NCBI GenBank assembly: GCA_016929805.1
Contig: JAFGIB010000113.1
Span: 1-61,838, forward strand
Direction: 5' to 3'
Length of the DNA: 61,838 nucleotides
Source: Deltaproteobacteria bacterium
Lineage (GTDB): Bacteria; Myxococcota_A; Polyangia; Polyangiales; JAFGIB01
The notes beneath the pieces are model-generated. The model saw only the letters and a list, made by a program, of their open reading frames with translations, was not told where the DNA came from and ran no database searches. A program made the position numbers and the translations under genes. Every line of letters starts with the position of its first letter. The stretch's first letter is position 1. This document shows, in pieces, positions 47,298-56,027 of the stretch.

Positions 47298-47729
47298 TCA
47301 ATTAAAAATATTATCATCCTTGGAAAAGGAGCCGCTTGGACCGGCCGAGACTACCAAGGCGGCGCCGATTCCCCTGCGGTCCGGACAGCGCACGTAAAGC
47401 GGGCGTCCCCAACCGTCGTCGGGAAGCTCGTTTAGCTGGTAAGAAATCGCGCGCGGCGGATGTACCAGCTCGACCGTGGAGCGCGGACAGCGTCCGACCT
47501 CGGCCCGAAAGGCGACGATCGCGCGTTGCACCTCGGCGATCGAGGCCCGGGTCATGCGAACCCGCGCGCGATGGCCCGCTACCCGCCAGGCCAACAGAGT
47601 CATTCCGAGCGCCGCCAGCGCCAGCAGTAACGCTCGCCACATCGAGCCGGACAACAACTCCGTGAACCAAACGTTTCTGCGTTCCCAGGGAAGCAAGACG
47701 TCGCGCCGATATCTCATCTTTTTCGCCAT
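47298..47729 (-). CDS. GspG-like pseudopilin-domain protein without a prepilin peptidase cleavage motif
   Basis: 143 aa. The C-terminal 80 aa follow the GspG globular-domain pattern (IAEVQRAIVAFRAEVGRCPRSTVELV...LPDDGWGRPLYVRCP...VVSAGPSGSFSKDDNIFN). The N-terminus is a plain signal-anchor (MWRALLLALAALGMTLLAW) with no G-(F/M)-T-L-x-E. It lies inside the operon between gspF and gspG. Confidence 0.65.
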   Translation of the reverse strand: MAKKMRYRRDVLLPWERRNVWFTELLSGSMWRALLLALAALGMTLLAWRVAGHRARVRMTRASIAEVQRAIVAFRAEVGRCPRSTVELVHPPRAISYQLNELPDDGWGRPLYVRCPDRRGIGAALVVSAGPSGSFSKDDNIFN

Positions 47730-47741
47730 CGCTCGTTTTGC

Positions 47742-48965
47742 CTATTGTACGAATTCGTTGATTTGTAAAAGGGGGATAAGCATGGCCATTACGATACACA
47801 AGACAACCGCCGCCATCAGCAGAATCATCAGCGGCTCGAGAATGCGCGTCATGGTGGAAACGCGCATCGAGACTTGATTGTCGTAGGCATTCGCCACGTG
47901 TTGTAACATCTGTTCGAGCTGTCCCGAACGTTCGCCGATGGCGATCATGTGCGTGACGATGGGAGGGAATCGACCGCTTCGCTTGAGCGGCAACGCGATG
48001 CTTTCGCCCTCGCGAATCGCTTCGCGCGCCTCCTCGACGACGCGCATCAGCACCTGGTTTCCCAGCACGTTGCGGGTTATGTCCATGGCCGTCAGCACCT
48101 GCACGCCGCTCGACAAGAGCGTCGATAGGGTGCGCGCAAAGCGGGCTACCGCCACCATGGTGAAGAGCGGACCGAAGAGCGGCAACTCGAGCATCTTTCC
48201 GTCCCACTTAAAGCGCCCTTCGGGAGTGGATTTCCAGCGGCGCAACGCGTAGCGGGCGCCTATGATCAGCAGCAATAAAAGCCACCAATAGCCCGACATG
48301 AAGTCGCTGGTCATGATCAATAAATTGGTGTACCAGGGAAGGGTTTGCTGAAAGTCGGCGTAAATCGCGGTCACCTTTGGGACCACGAACAGCATAATAA
48401 TCGTAATAACCAGCACCATCACACCGGAAAGTATAATCGGGTAGATCAAGGCGCCCGCGACCTTGTTTTTCAGCTCCGCCTGCGCATCCAGAAACTCGGC
48501 TAACCTTTCCAGCACGTTGTCGAGCGTGCCCGATGCCTCTCCCGCGGCGACCATATTAATGTAGACGTCGGGAAAAATCTTTGGATGGTCCTTGAGCGCG
48601 TCCGCCAGGCTGCTGCCCTCGTTCACCTTGTCTCGAGTTTGGGTAAAAGCGGTTTTGAGCAGGGGATTTTCCAGTTGCTCCATCACCGCGCTCAGCGCCT
48701 CTACCAGCGGAACGCCCGCGACCAGCAGGGTGGACAGTTGTCTCGTGGTCATCGCGATCTCTTGGGTCGAGACGCGCTGAAAGAAACGCTTGAGATCGAT
48801 CTCCTTGGCCGAGCGTTTGCGCGCCGCGGTTTCTTCCTCGATCGCGGTGGCGATCACGCCTTCCTTGCGCAATACGAGACGCAGCGCCTTGACGCTGTCC
48901 GCGTCGCGAATCCCTTTTATCGCCTTGCCCCGTCTATCGATTCCCTGCCATTGATAAACAGCCAC
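47742..48965 (-). CDS. gspF: type II secretion inner-membrane platform protein GspF
   Basis: 407 aa. Two T2SSF repeats (..MVAAGEASGTLDNVLERLAEF.. and ..MIAIGERSGQLEQMLQHVANAY..) and three TM segments. Confidence 0.9.
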   Translation of the reverse strand: MAVYQWQGIDRRGKAIKGIRDADSVKALRLVLRKEGVIATAIEEETAARKRSAKEIDLKRFFQRVSTQEIAMTTRQLSTLLVAGVPLVEALSAVMEQLENPLLKTAFTQTRDKVNEGSSLADALKDHPKIFPDVYINMVAAGEASGTLDNVLERLAEFLDAQAELKNKVAGALIYPIILSGVMVLVITIIMLFVVPKVTAIYADFQQTLPWYTNLLIMTSDFMSGYWWLLLLLIIGARYALRRWKSTPEGRFKWDGKMLELPLFGPLFTMVAVARFARTLSTLLSSGVQVLTAMDITRNVLGNQVLMRVVEEAREAIREGESIALPLKRSGRFPPIVTHMIAIGERSGQLEQMLQHVANAYDNQVSMRVSTMTRILEPLMILLMAAVVLCIVMAMLIPLLQINEFVQ

Positions 48966-48977
48966 GGTATCGCGCTC

Positions 48978-50726
48978 CTATTCTAGCTCACCCGCCTGGG
49001 TGGCCGCCAATACCTCTTCAGGGCTGGTGATACCTTGGACGACTTGCCGCGCGCCGTCCTCGCGAAGGATGGACAATCCGCGTTCACGGGCGACGCGGGT
49101 AATTCGGTTTGAATCGCTGCTGTTGAGTATTTCGTAACGAATCGGCTCGTCGATGATCAATAGCTCGTAGATGCCGGTTCGGCCGCGGTATCCCGTGCCG
49201 GCGCACGCATCGCACCCGACCGGCCGGTAGAAGATGAGCCCGGTGTCGCCTTCGTCCGGTCGCGGTCCTTGGGATATGGTCGCGTTTCGCTCCGACGCGA
49301 ACGTCGAGGCGGGATTGCGAGCGCCGTTGATCTCGAGGGACGTGATTTCATCCTGAGTCGGCACGTAGGGCTGCCGACAGACCGTGCACAGTTTACGAAC
49401 CAGGCGCTGGGCCAAGACCGCGAGCAAGGTCGACGTGATCAGGTAAGGTTGAATACCCATTTCCACCAGACGGGTGATCGCGCCGGCCGCGTCGTTGGTG
49501 TGCAACGTGGAAAGCACCAGGTGGCCGGTTAAGGATGCGTGAATGGCGATTTCAGCGGTTTCCCGATCGCGGATTTCGCCGACCATGATCACATCCGGGT
49601 CCTGTCGTAAAAAGCTTCTGAGCCCCGATGCGAAGGTCAGCCCGATCTTGGGCTTGACGTGCATCTGGGAGATGCCTTTCAATTCGTATTCGACGGGATC
49701 TTCGACGGTCATGATGTTGAGCTCGGGGGAATTGATCTTGTTCAAGCAAGCGTAGAGCGTCGTGGTTTTACCCGAGCCCGTGGGACCGGTGACCAGGATA
49801 ATGCCGTTGGGTTTCGCGATCAGGCTTTCGATGTGAGCGAGCTTCGCTGGATTAAAGCCGAGCTGCGGCAGATCGAGCAACGCCTGCTCCTTATCCAACA
49901 GACGAAGGACGATGCGCTCGCCGCGTGCGGTGGGAATGGTGGACACGCGCACATCGACCAGTTTTCCCTTGATCTTTTTGGTGATGCGGCCGTCCTGCGG
50001 CAGGCGCGTCTCGGCTATGTTAAGCCCCGCTTCGATCTTGACGCGGCTGACGATGGACTTGAGAAAACCGCGGTGGGCCGTCTTGATCTTATAAAGCGTA
50101 CCGTCGATGCGGTAACGCACAACGACGTCGGTATCGGTCGGCTCGATATGGATATCCGACGCTCGGCTCCGCACCGCCTCATAAAACAGATTGTTGACCC
50201 AGCGAATTACCGGAGCCTCGTCGGTCATATCGATGAGATCTTGAAGCTCCTCGGTCTCCTCGCCCTCTTTGGCGTCCGCCAGGGCGTTTTCATCGTGTCT
50301 TTCGTATACCAGGTTGATCGCGTCCTCGATCACATCGGCCGGAGCGACCACGGCCTCGCAGGGGCTGCCGAGAAGGGCGCGAAGATCGTCTAGCGGCGAC
50401 AGATCGAGGACGTCGGCGAAGGCCACCACCACGGTATGATCATGCTGGGCGATGGGAAGCAACTGGTTTTGGCGCGCGAAATTAATCGGGACCCGCTTAA
50501 CCAGCTCGTTGGGAACCTCATCCACCTTGATCTTAGCGATGAATTCGAACCCGAGCTCATCCGCCAGAACTTTTATTAGAGTATTCTCTTCTATAACGTC
50601 GGTGGCGACCAACACGTCCTTTAATCGAGCGTTTTTCTCCCTCGCGACCTCAACCGCTTTTCGCAAGTGCTCCTCGGATACCGCGCCGCGGCGTAACAAA
50701 ACTTCTCCGACGTAGCTATCCTCCAT
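48978..50726 (-). CDS. gspE: type II secretion ATPase GspE
   Basis: T2SSE_N/MshEN-type N-domain, Walker A GPTGSGKTTT, Walker B/Asp box DPDVIMVGEIRD, His box GHLVLSTLHTNDA, and a tetracysteine motif CTVC...CDAC. Confidence 0.95.
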   Translation of the reverse strand: MEDSYVGEVLLRRGAVSEEHLRKAVEVAREKNARLKDVLVATDVIEENTLIKVLADELGFEFIAKIKVDEVPNELVKRVPINFARQNQLLPIAQHDHTVVVAFADVLDLSPLDDLRALLGSPCEAVVAPADVIEDAINLVYERHDENALADAKEGEETEELQDLIDMTDEAPVIRWVNNLFYEAVRSRASDIHIEPTDTDVVVRYRIDGTLYKIKTAHRGFLKSIVSRVKIEAGLNIAETRLPQDGRITKKIKGKLVDVRVSTIPTARGERIVLRLLDKEQALLDLPQLGFNPAKLAHIESLIAKPNGIILVTGPTGSGKTTTLYACLNKINSPELNIMTVEDPVEYELKGISQMHVKPKIGLTFASGLRSFLRQDPDVIMVGEIRDRETAEIAIHASLTGHLVLSTLHTNDAAGAITRLVEMGIQPYLITSTLLAVLAQRLVRKLCTVCRQPYVPTQDEITSLEINGARNPASTFASERNATISQGPRPDEGDTGLIFYRPVGCDACAGTGYRGRTGIYELLIIDEPIRYEILNSSDSNRITRVARERGLSILREDGARQVVQGITSPEEVLAATQAGELE

Positions 50727-50734
50727 GATAATCT

Positions 50735-53428
50735 CTATTCGCTTTCCTCGGGTTCCGCAGCTTCCTCGCGTTCCGGTAGCGGAGGCGGAGTGCCGTTGAT
50801 AAAACCGGGCGGTATTCCACCGGGCATTTGGGGAAACGGGGGCGGGACCTCCGCCTTTCCCTCTTCCGCCGCTTGCTCGGATTGCTCTTCCGACGATTCG
50901 TCGTCCGATTGAGAGGAGATGATCGCGCCGATGGATTCGGAAATCGCGTGTTCCTTGGGCGGCGCGGCCTTGGCGTCTTCCATCAACTTGCGTCTTTCGT
51001 CCAACAAGGAGATCTCTTTCAGCATTTCGCTTATCAGCCCCCGGGTGCGCGAGTAGTCTACCGGCGGTTCATAATCGATGCCGGTTGCAACCATGTAGCG
51101 ATCGATAAACTCTTGGCGCTCGCGCATTTTTCTTTCGTAGATCGCTCGTAGGTCGTCCGCCGATCGGATGATATACGGGGTTAGAAAGAGCACGAGATTC
51201 TTCTTCACCTTGTCCTTGGAGCTGCTTCGAAACAGAACGCCGATCAAAGGGACGTCCCCTAATATCGGCACCTTGTCCTGCCCGCTGCTCACCGAATCTC
51301 GCATCAAACCCCCGATCACGACCGTCTGTTGGTCTCCCACGGAAACCTCGGTTTTCGCCCGGGTTCGATTCACCGGTTTCACCCCCACGTTCCCTTGTTC
51401 AGGCGCGCCTACAGAGGAGATCTCCTCGGAGATCTCCAGGCGGATTTCATCGCTGTCGTTGATATGGGGCGTGATCTTGATAGTCGTGCCGACGTCTTGA
51501 CGCGGGACAGTGCCCCCGAAACCTCCCGCCAAGCTCGACAGCAAGCCCGCCGCCGCGCTTGACTGAGTGCCGCTCAGCCCCGCGAGGCTGCCTAAACTGC
51601 CGTAACTGGCGATCGCGGATGTTTGAAGCGGCTCATTTGAGCCGATGCTGATTTCGGCCTCAACGTTGTCGGTCGCGATCAGATGGGGCGTCGAGAGGAT
51701 ATTGGCGTCGCTCGATCCAGCCACGGCGCTGAGCGCCACACCGAAGCTCGGAATAGACATATCAAGCCCTGGAACGTCGATGGTCGGGCCTTGCACGCCC
51801 ACGGCGAGACCGGTCAAGAAGTCCGGATTCGCCACGCCCAGAATCGACTTGGGGCTTTGCGGCTGAAATCCCATAACCGTGAGCGAGTCGTCCACGGGAA
51901 AGTCCTGAATGCCGCCGTGGTAGCTTAAGCCCAGGCTCGAGTTACGCTTGACGTTGAGCTCCATGATAACCGCTTCGATAAACACCTGCCTGCGTTTAAT
52001 ATCGAGCTCATCGATGGTCTTGCGCAGCTCCGCGTAGTCGCGCGCGGACGAGGTAATGACCAGCGCGTTGCTCGACTTATGAGCCGTGATCGCGATCGTC
52101 CCTTCAAAGACCGTGACCGCTTCCTTTCCGCCCTTTCCGCCCTTGGTCGGCTTCTGGTCGACCAATTTGGTGAGCGTGCCGGCGATCTCCTCGGCGTCGC
52201 TGTGTTGCAGATAATGAACCCGGATGTTGCCCTCGCCCTCCATGGCGATATCCAAGTGCCTAAGCATCTCTAAAATGCGCAGATAAGCCGGCTCGGTCGC
52301 CATGATAATCAGGGAATTAGTGCGCTCGTCAGCCAGAATCTTGGTGATGCGCGACTCGCCCGTTTTTGTACCGACCGACGCGGGCGCGCTTTTGTCCTTT
52401 GAGCCCTTGGAAGTCGACTTGGGCGCGGAAGAGCTGGTTTTTTTTGAGGCCGAGGCCTCGAAAATTTCCGTCAGTCGCTGAGCGATTTCGTTCGCGTCCG
52501 CGTGAAACACCGGCTCGATCCAAATGTTCTCGCTGGAATGGGGAATGTCGATCACCTTTAGAATGCGTATCATTCTGTTGATGTTGGTTCCGGTGTCGGT
52601 GATGATCAGGGTATTGGTCGGCGCGTACGAGGTGACATTGCCGTCTCCAGACTTGAAACGCGCGAGTAGCCCCGCGGCGTCGTCCGAGGGGATGTTTTCA
52701 AGCCGATGCAGGCGCGTGACAAATCGATCGCCTCGCGGAACGGTGCCGTCGTCGGTCAGTAAATCGATAGGGCGATTCTCGATTCCCCCCGATTCGACGA
52801 TTTTGTAGTACTGTCCCGACTTGACCAAGGCCATGCCGTTGAGCTCGAGAATCGAGAGAAAGGCTTGGTATGCCTCGGCGACCGTCACCTTGGTCGGGGC
52901 GAAGACCGTGGCTTTGATACTGCGTGCTTTGCTCGAAATGATAAACCGCTTGCCGGTGATTTGAGAGATCAGTCGAACCAGCTCCGGCAAGTCGGCGTCC
53001 TCGAGGTTGAAGGTAATACGTTTGTTCGGCGAGGTCGGCTCGTACTCGATTCCGGTTTCGAACGGCTTCAGCCCCTCGGGTTGCGCTACGTCGTCGTCTT
53101 TATCGTCGTCGCTCTTGCGCGCCTGTTTTTTCGGCGCCGCGGGAACCGCTTCAACCTTTTTATCTCCGCGTTTATTCGCTTGTGCGGCCGCCGTTCCCCG
53201 GCCGAAGGCGGCGGCTAACAGAACGAGCAGAGTAACGTGAGTCAATAAGCGCCGGACACGACCCCGCCCGCGCTCGCCGTTCGTGTATTGCGCGCTTGGG
53301 CATCTGTCTTTGCGCATATCTCTGGAGCCGGGCAAAACGGCGGTTACTGCAAGCGCCTTTGGTTTCGCGGGCGAATCGGCCGTCGCGCTTTGAAGGGCGT
53401 GAACGATTGCTATTTGGCTTTGTGTCAT
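50735..53428 (-). CDS. gspD: type II secretion outer-membrane secretin GspD
   Basis: N0-N3 repeats, a secretin core ending in VPILGDVPLIGVLFRSSSKDKVKKNLVLFLTPYII, and an acidic/Pro-rich C-terminal tail. The start is uncertain: ATG at 53428 or ATG at 53317. The latter gives MRKDR..RRLLTHVTLLVLLAAAFGRGTAAAQA, a plausible signal peptide. Confidence 0.9.
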   Translation of the reverse strand: MTQSQIAIVHALQSATADSPAKPKALAVTAVLPGSRDMRKDRCPSAQYTNGERGRGRVRRLLTHVTLLVLLAAAFGRGTAAAQANKRGDKKVEAVPAAPKKQARKSDDDKDDDVAQPEGLKPFETGIEYEPTSPNKRITFNLEDADLPELVRLISQITGKRFIISSKARSIKATVFAPTKVTVAEAYQAFLSILELNGMALVKSGQYYKIVESGGIENRPIDLLTDDGTVPRGDRFVTRLHRLENIPSDDAAGLLARFKSGDGNVTSYAPTNTLIITDTGTNINRMIRILKVIDIPHSSENIWIEPVFHADANEIAQRLTEIFEASASKKTSSSAPKSTSKGSKDKSAPASVGTKTGESRITKILADERTNSLIIMATEPAYLRILEMLRHLDIAMEGEGNIRVHYLQHSDAEEIAGTLTKLVDQKPTKGGKGGKEAVTVFEGTIAITAHKSSNALVITSSARDYAELRKTIDELDIKRRQVFIEAVIMELNVKRNSSLGLSYHGGIQDFPVDDSLTVMGFQPQSPKSILGVANPDFLTGLAVGVQGPTIDVPGLDMSIPSFGVALSAVAGSSDANILSTPHLIATDNVEAEISIGSNEPLQTSAIASYGSLGSLAGLSGTQSSAAAGLLSSLAGGFGGTVPRQDVGTTIKITPHINDSDEIRLEISEEISSVGAPEQGNVGVKPVNRTRAKTEVSVGDQQTVVIGGLMRDSVSSGQDKVPILGDVPLIGVLFRSSSKDKVKKNLVLFLTPYIIRSADDLRAIYERKMRERQEFIDRYMVATGIDYEPPVDYSRTRGLISEMLKEISLLDERRKLMEDAKAAPPKEHAISESIGAIISSQSDDESSEEQSEQAAEEGKAEVPPPFPQMPGGIPPGFINGTPPPLPEREEAAEPEESE

Positions 53429-53464
53429 GTGCTCTGTCGTCTGTTATTGTGTTTACTCATCGAG

Positions 53465-54481
53465 TTACTGAATGCCGTAGGCGATGTTCATATCCTGCCT
53501 GCGACGTTGGATCGACACCGTAAGATTGTCCGCGCTTCTGAGCCGGCTGTAAGCTTCCAAGGCCGAGTCCGGGCTGGTCATATCGAAACCGTTGATCGAT
53601 CGCAGTAAGTCTCCGTTTTGTAGCCCGAGTTTTCCCAATAGACTGTTTCGGCGGATTCCGTACAGCTTGACCCCTTCGACTTGGCCGTCTCGCTCGTGAG
53701 GGACGATGCGCGCCGAACGCATCAGCGCCGCCTGATTCGCGAGTACCTTGTCGATCAACGACCGCTGAATTGTAAACTTGGTGTCGCTGACCCGGGTTAT
53801 ATTTTCGTCCATTTCCGACTCGGAAAGCCCCCCGGACGAGCTCATTCTTCTGTCGCTCTCGGGCGAGCGACGCTCGCCCTCGGTCGAGCCGATGCGCTTC
53901 GTATCGTCGGCGCGGCTCGTCGCCGAAACCTCCGTTCCGAACATCAGCAGCGAGCAGGCCTTTCCCGACGCGGGCTTCATGTAGACCGCCTTCGGGTAGA
54001 TGGCGACTATTTTATGCCCCTCGATCTCCGAGTCGATTCGGTAGAGTAAGGGTGAGTCCGAGCCGGTGGTCAGCGAGGCAAATGACCACTGGGGAGCCGA
54101 CTCCGAATAGATGGACGCGACGAGCCTAATCGAGGTTCCCTCGCATTGCGGGGGCGGATTTTTCGGATCCGGCAAGAAAAACTCCTCCTCGGGCTCGGGC
54201 GCCAGGTCGAAGTCATCCGCCGGAGGCGGCCACAACGGGCCGGTGGTTGAATCAAAGATATTGCGGGCTAGAATCACTTTCACGTCCGGGATAGTGCTGC
54301 CGGGCGCGACGGCTGTCGAGCCGCTCTTGACGCTTGCCACCGATACCACCTCGGTATTGAGCGGAAAAACCGCGGCAGCGATCAAGCTGGTTGTTCCTTG
54401 CGCTAAAAAAAACGCGCAGAAAGCTAGGGTGCCGAGCGCGGTCGCGAGGATTAGTTTTTTATCGTTGAGGTTCAGGCCCAC
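53465..54481 (-). CDS. gspC: type II secretion protein GspC (TM anchor, HR-like region, C-terminal PDZ)
   Basis: GTG start at 54481 is preceded by AGGAG. TM LILATALGTLAFCAFFLAQG. PDZ block GVKLYGIRRNSLLGKLGLQNGDLLRSINGFDM. First gene of the operon. Confidence 0.75.
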   Translation of the reverse strand: MGLNLNDKKLILATALGTLAFCAFFLAQGTTSLIAAAVFPLNTEVVSVASVKSGSTAVAPGSTIPDVKVILARNIFDSTTGPLWPPPADDFDLAPEPEEEFFLPDPKNPPPQCEGTSIRLVASIYSESAPQWSFASLTTGSDSPLLYRIDSEIEGHKIVAIYPKAVYMKPASGKACSLLMFGTEVSATSRADDTKRIGSTEGERRSPESDRRMSSSGGLSESEMDENITRVSDTKFTIQRSLIDKVLANQAALMRSARIVPHERDGQVEGVKLYGIRRNSLLGKLGLQNGDLLRSINGFDMTSPDSALEAYSRLRSADNLTVSIQRRRQDMNIAYGIQ

Positions 54482-54500
54482 GAGAATTCTCCTAGATGCT

Positions 54501-54520
54501 ATTATGCAAGGCCTGTGCCC
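54501..54520 (-). promoter_or_regulatory. sigma-54 (-24/-12) promoter for the gsp operon
   Basis: The minus strand reads GGGCACAGGCCTTGCATAAT. GGCAC-N5-TTGCA has the exact consensus spacing (TGGCAC-N5-TTGCW). The GC dinucleotide is at 54507/54506, so the predicted TSS is near 54494, about 13 nt before the gspC GTG. The gene immediately upstream encodes a sigma-54 activator. Confidence 0.65.
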
Positions 54521-54526
54521 GGTTCA

Positions 54527-54539
54527 TAACTAGTTGATA
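54527..54539 (-). promoter_or_regulatory. IHF-consensus-like site adjacent to the sigma-54 promoter
   Basis: The minus strand reads TATCAACTAGTTA, which matches WATCAANNNNTTR at every defined position. It is flanked upstream by an A/T-rich tract (54540-54560). The position is closer to -24 than is typical. Confidence 0.3.
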
Positions 54540-54642
54540 TTAGTGATATTTTTTTCATTAAGCCGAACGCCAAAGGCGGTCCGATGAGACAAGCTGGCAC
54601 GAGGTATAACCGGGACGGACTCTCCGATGACAAAATGGCATT

Positions 54643-56004
54643 TTACTCGGATTCGCCGCTTCGTTGCGCTTCGAGCTTTCGGTAGATCGTACGCGTCGCG
54701 ATGCCCAGCAACTGCGCCGCCAGACGCTTATCGCCGTTGGTATGCTCCAAGGTGGTGCGAATCACCCGCCTCTCGATTTCGTCCAGGGATGTTCCAATAG
54801 AAAAGATGAGCTCCCCGACCTGCTGTTCGGCCCTGGTTATCGCTTCGGGCAGATCGCTCACGGCTATGGTGTTTCCTTTGCTCAACACCACGGCTCGCTC
54901 GATAACGTTTTCCAGCTCCCGCACGTTTCCCGGCCAGCGGTAAACCATCAACTGCCTGACGGCGTCCGGTGACAGGGTCATCGGCGGTTTGGCGTTTTTC
55001 CGGCAATACAACTGGAGAAAATGGTCGCACAACAGGGGGATATCCTCGCGGCGTTGAGCCAGGGTCGGACAGGTGATGGCGATCACGTTGAGCCTGTAGT
55101 ACAAGTCCTCTCGGAAGTGTCCCGCCTCGACCTCGGTCTCGAGATCGCGGTTGGTCGCGGTGATCAAGCGGAAGTCCGCGCGTTGGGTTTTACCCCCTAA
55201 AGGCTCATATTCTCCCTCTTGCAATAGGCGCAGCAGCTTGACCTGCACGTTCGGAGAGAGCTCCGCGATTTCATCCAAAAACAGCGTTCCGCGTGCCGCC
55301 TGCGCGATGCGGCCCTCGCGCTTTCCCACGGCTCCGGTAAACGCCCCTTTTTCGTGTCCAAACAATTCGGATTCCACGATGGTTTCCGGCAACGCCGCGA
55401 GGTTGACTCCGATAAAGAGACCATCGCGTCCGCTGTGCCGATGGATGTGGCGCGCCAAAAGCTCCTTGCCCGTGCCGCTTTCTCCCAAAATCAACACGTT
55501 CGCCGTCGAGGGCGCCGCTTGGGTGGCGATTTCGAGCGATTGGCGCAGAACCGGCGATGAACCGACGATTTCGCGATTGCGCAGCGCGGATAATTCCTTC
55601 CGCAAGCTGCGGTTTTCAGCCAACAGCGCGTGACGCTCCGCCGCCTTGCGTACGGTCTTGACGATTTGCATGCGTTTGAGCGGCTTCTCGACGAAATCAT
55701 AGGCGCCCTCGCGCATCGCCTCGACCGCCGTCTCCACGGTCCCGTACGCCGTCATCACCACGAACTCGGTATCGGGAGAGATGGTATTTAGCGCCTTGAT
55801 GATGTCGATACCGCTCATTCCGGGTAGCATCAGGTCGGTAAGCAAGACGTGAACCCGGTGTTTTCGGCACTGGTCGAGGGCCGCGCGCCCGTCCTCTGCG
55901 AGCAGCGTTCGAAACCCCTCGCGTTGAAAGATCTTTTCCAACGAGGTCCGATTCGACTCTTCATCTTCAACGATTAAGACCGTAGGCGCGGCCGTTGGCT
56001 CCAT
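54643..56004 (-). CDS. sigma-54-dependent response regulator (NtrC family: REC + AAA+ + Fis-type HTH)
   Basis: Receiver (VLIVEDEE.., VLLTDLMLPGMSG). AAA+ with Walker A GESGTGKE, the sigma-54 contact loop GAFTGA (EKGAFTGAVG), and WPGNVRELEN. C-terminal HTH (AAQLLGIATRTIYRKL). Confidence 0.9.
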   Translation of the reverse strand: MEPTAAPTVLIVEDEESNRTSLEKIFQREGFRTLLAEDGRAALDQCRKHRVHVLLTDLMLPGMSGIDIIKALNTISPDTEFVVMTAYGTVETAVEAMREGAYDFVEKPLKRMQIVKTVRKAAERHALLAENRSLRKELSALRNREIVGSSPVLRQSLEIATQAAPSTANVLILGESGTGKELLARHIHRHSGRDGLFIGVNLAALPETIVESELFGHEKGAFTGAVGKREGRIAQAARGTLFLDEIAELSPNVQVKLLRLLQEGEYEPLGGKTQRADFRLITATNRDLETEVEAGHFREDLYYRLNVIAITCPTLAQRREDIPLLCDHFLQLYCRKNAKPPMTLSPDAVRQLMVYRWPGNVRELENVIERAVVLSKGNTIAVSDLPEAITRAEQQVGELIFSIGTSLDEIERRVIRTTLEHTNGDKRLAAQLLGIATRTIYRKLEAQRSGESE

Positions 56005-56027
56005 GGGCTTCTCCTTGGCTCGACACG

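Noticed and set aside
44990-50393. Large antisense or alternative-frame ORFs across the gsp operon (44990..46129 +, 47314..48207 -, 49659..50393 +), and similar ones elsewhere (59852..60727 -, 56722..57348 +, 20633..21226 -).
   Set aside because: Each is fully overlapped by an ORF with unmistakable family motifs (pseudopilins, GspF, GspE and others). Their products are Arg/Gly/Ala-rich, which is typical of out-of-frame reading in GC-rich DNA.
54595-54615. A plus-strand TGGCAC (CTGGCACGAGGTATAACC) in the same spacer as the gspC promoter.
   Set aside because: The -12 position reads ATAAC rather than TTGC. There is also no plus-strand gene downstream, because it points into the 3' end of the NtrC-family gene.
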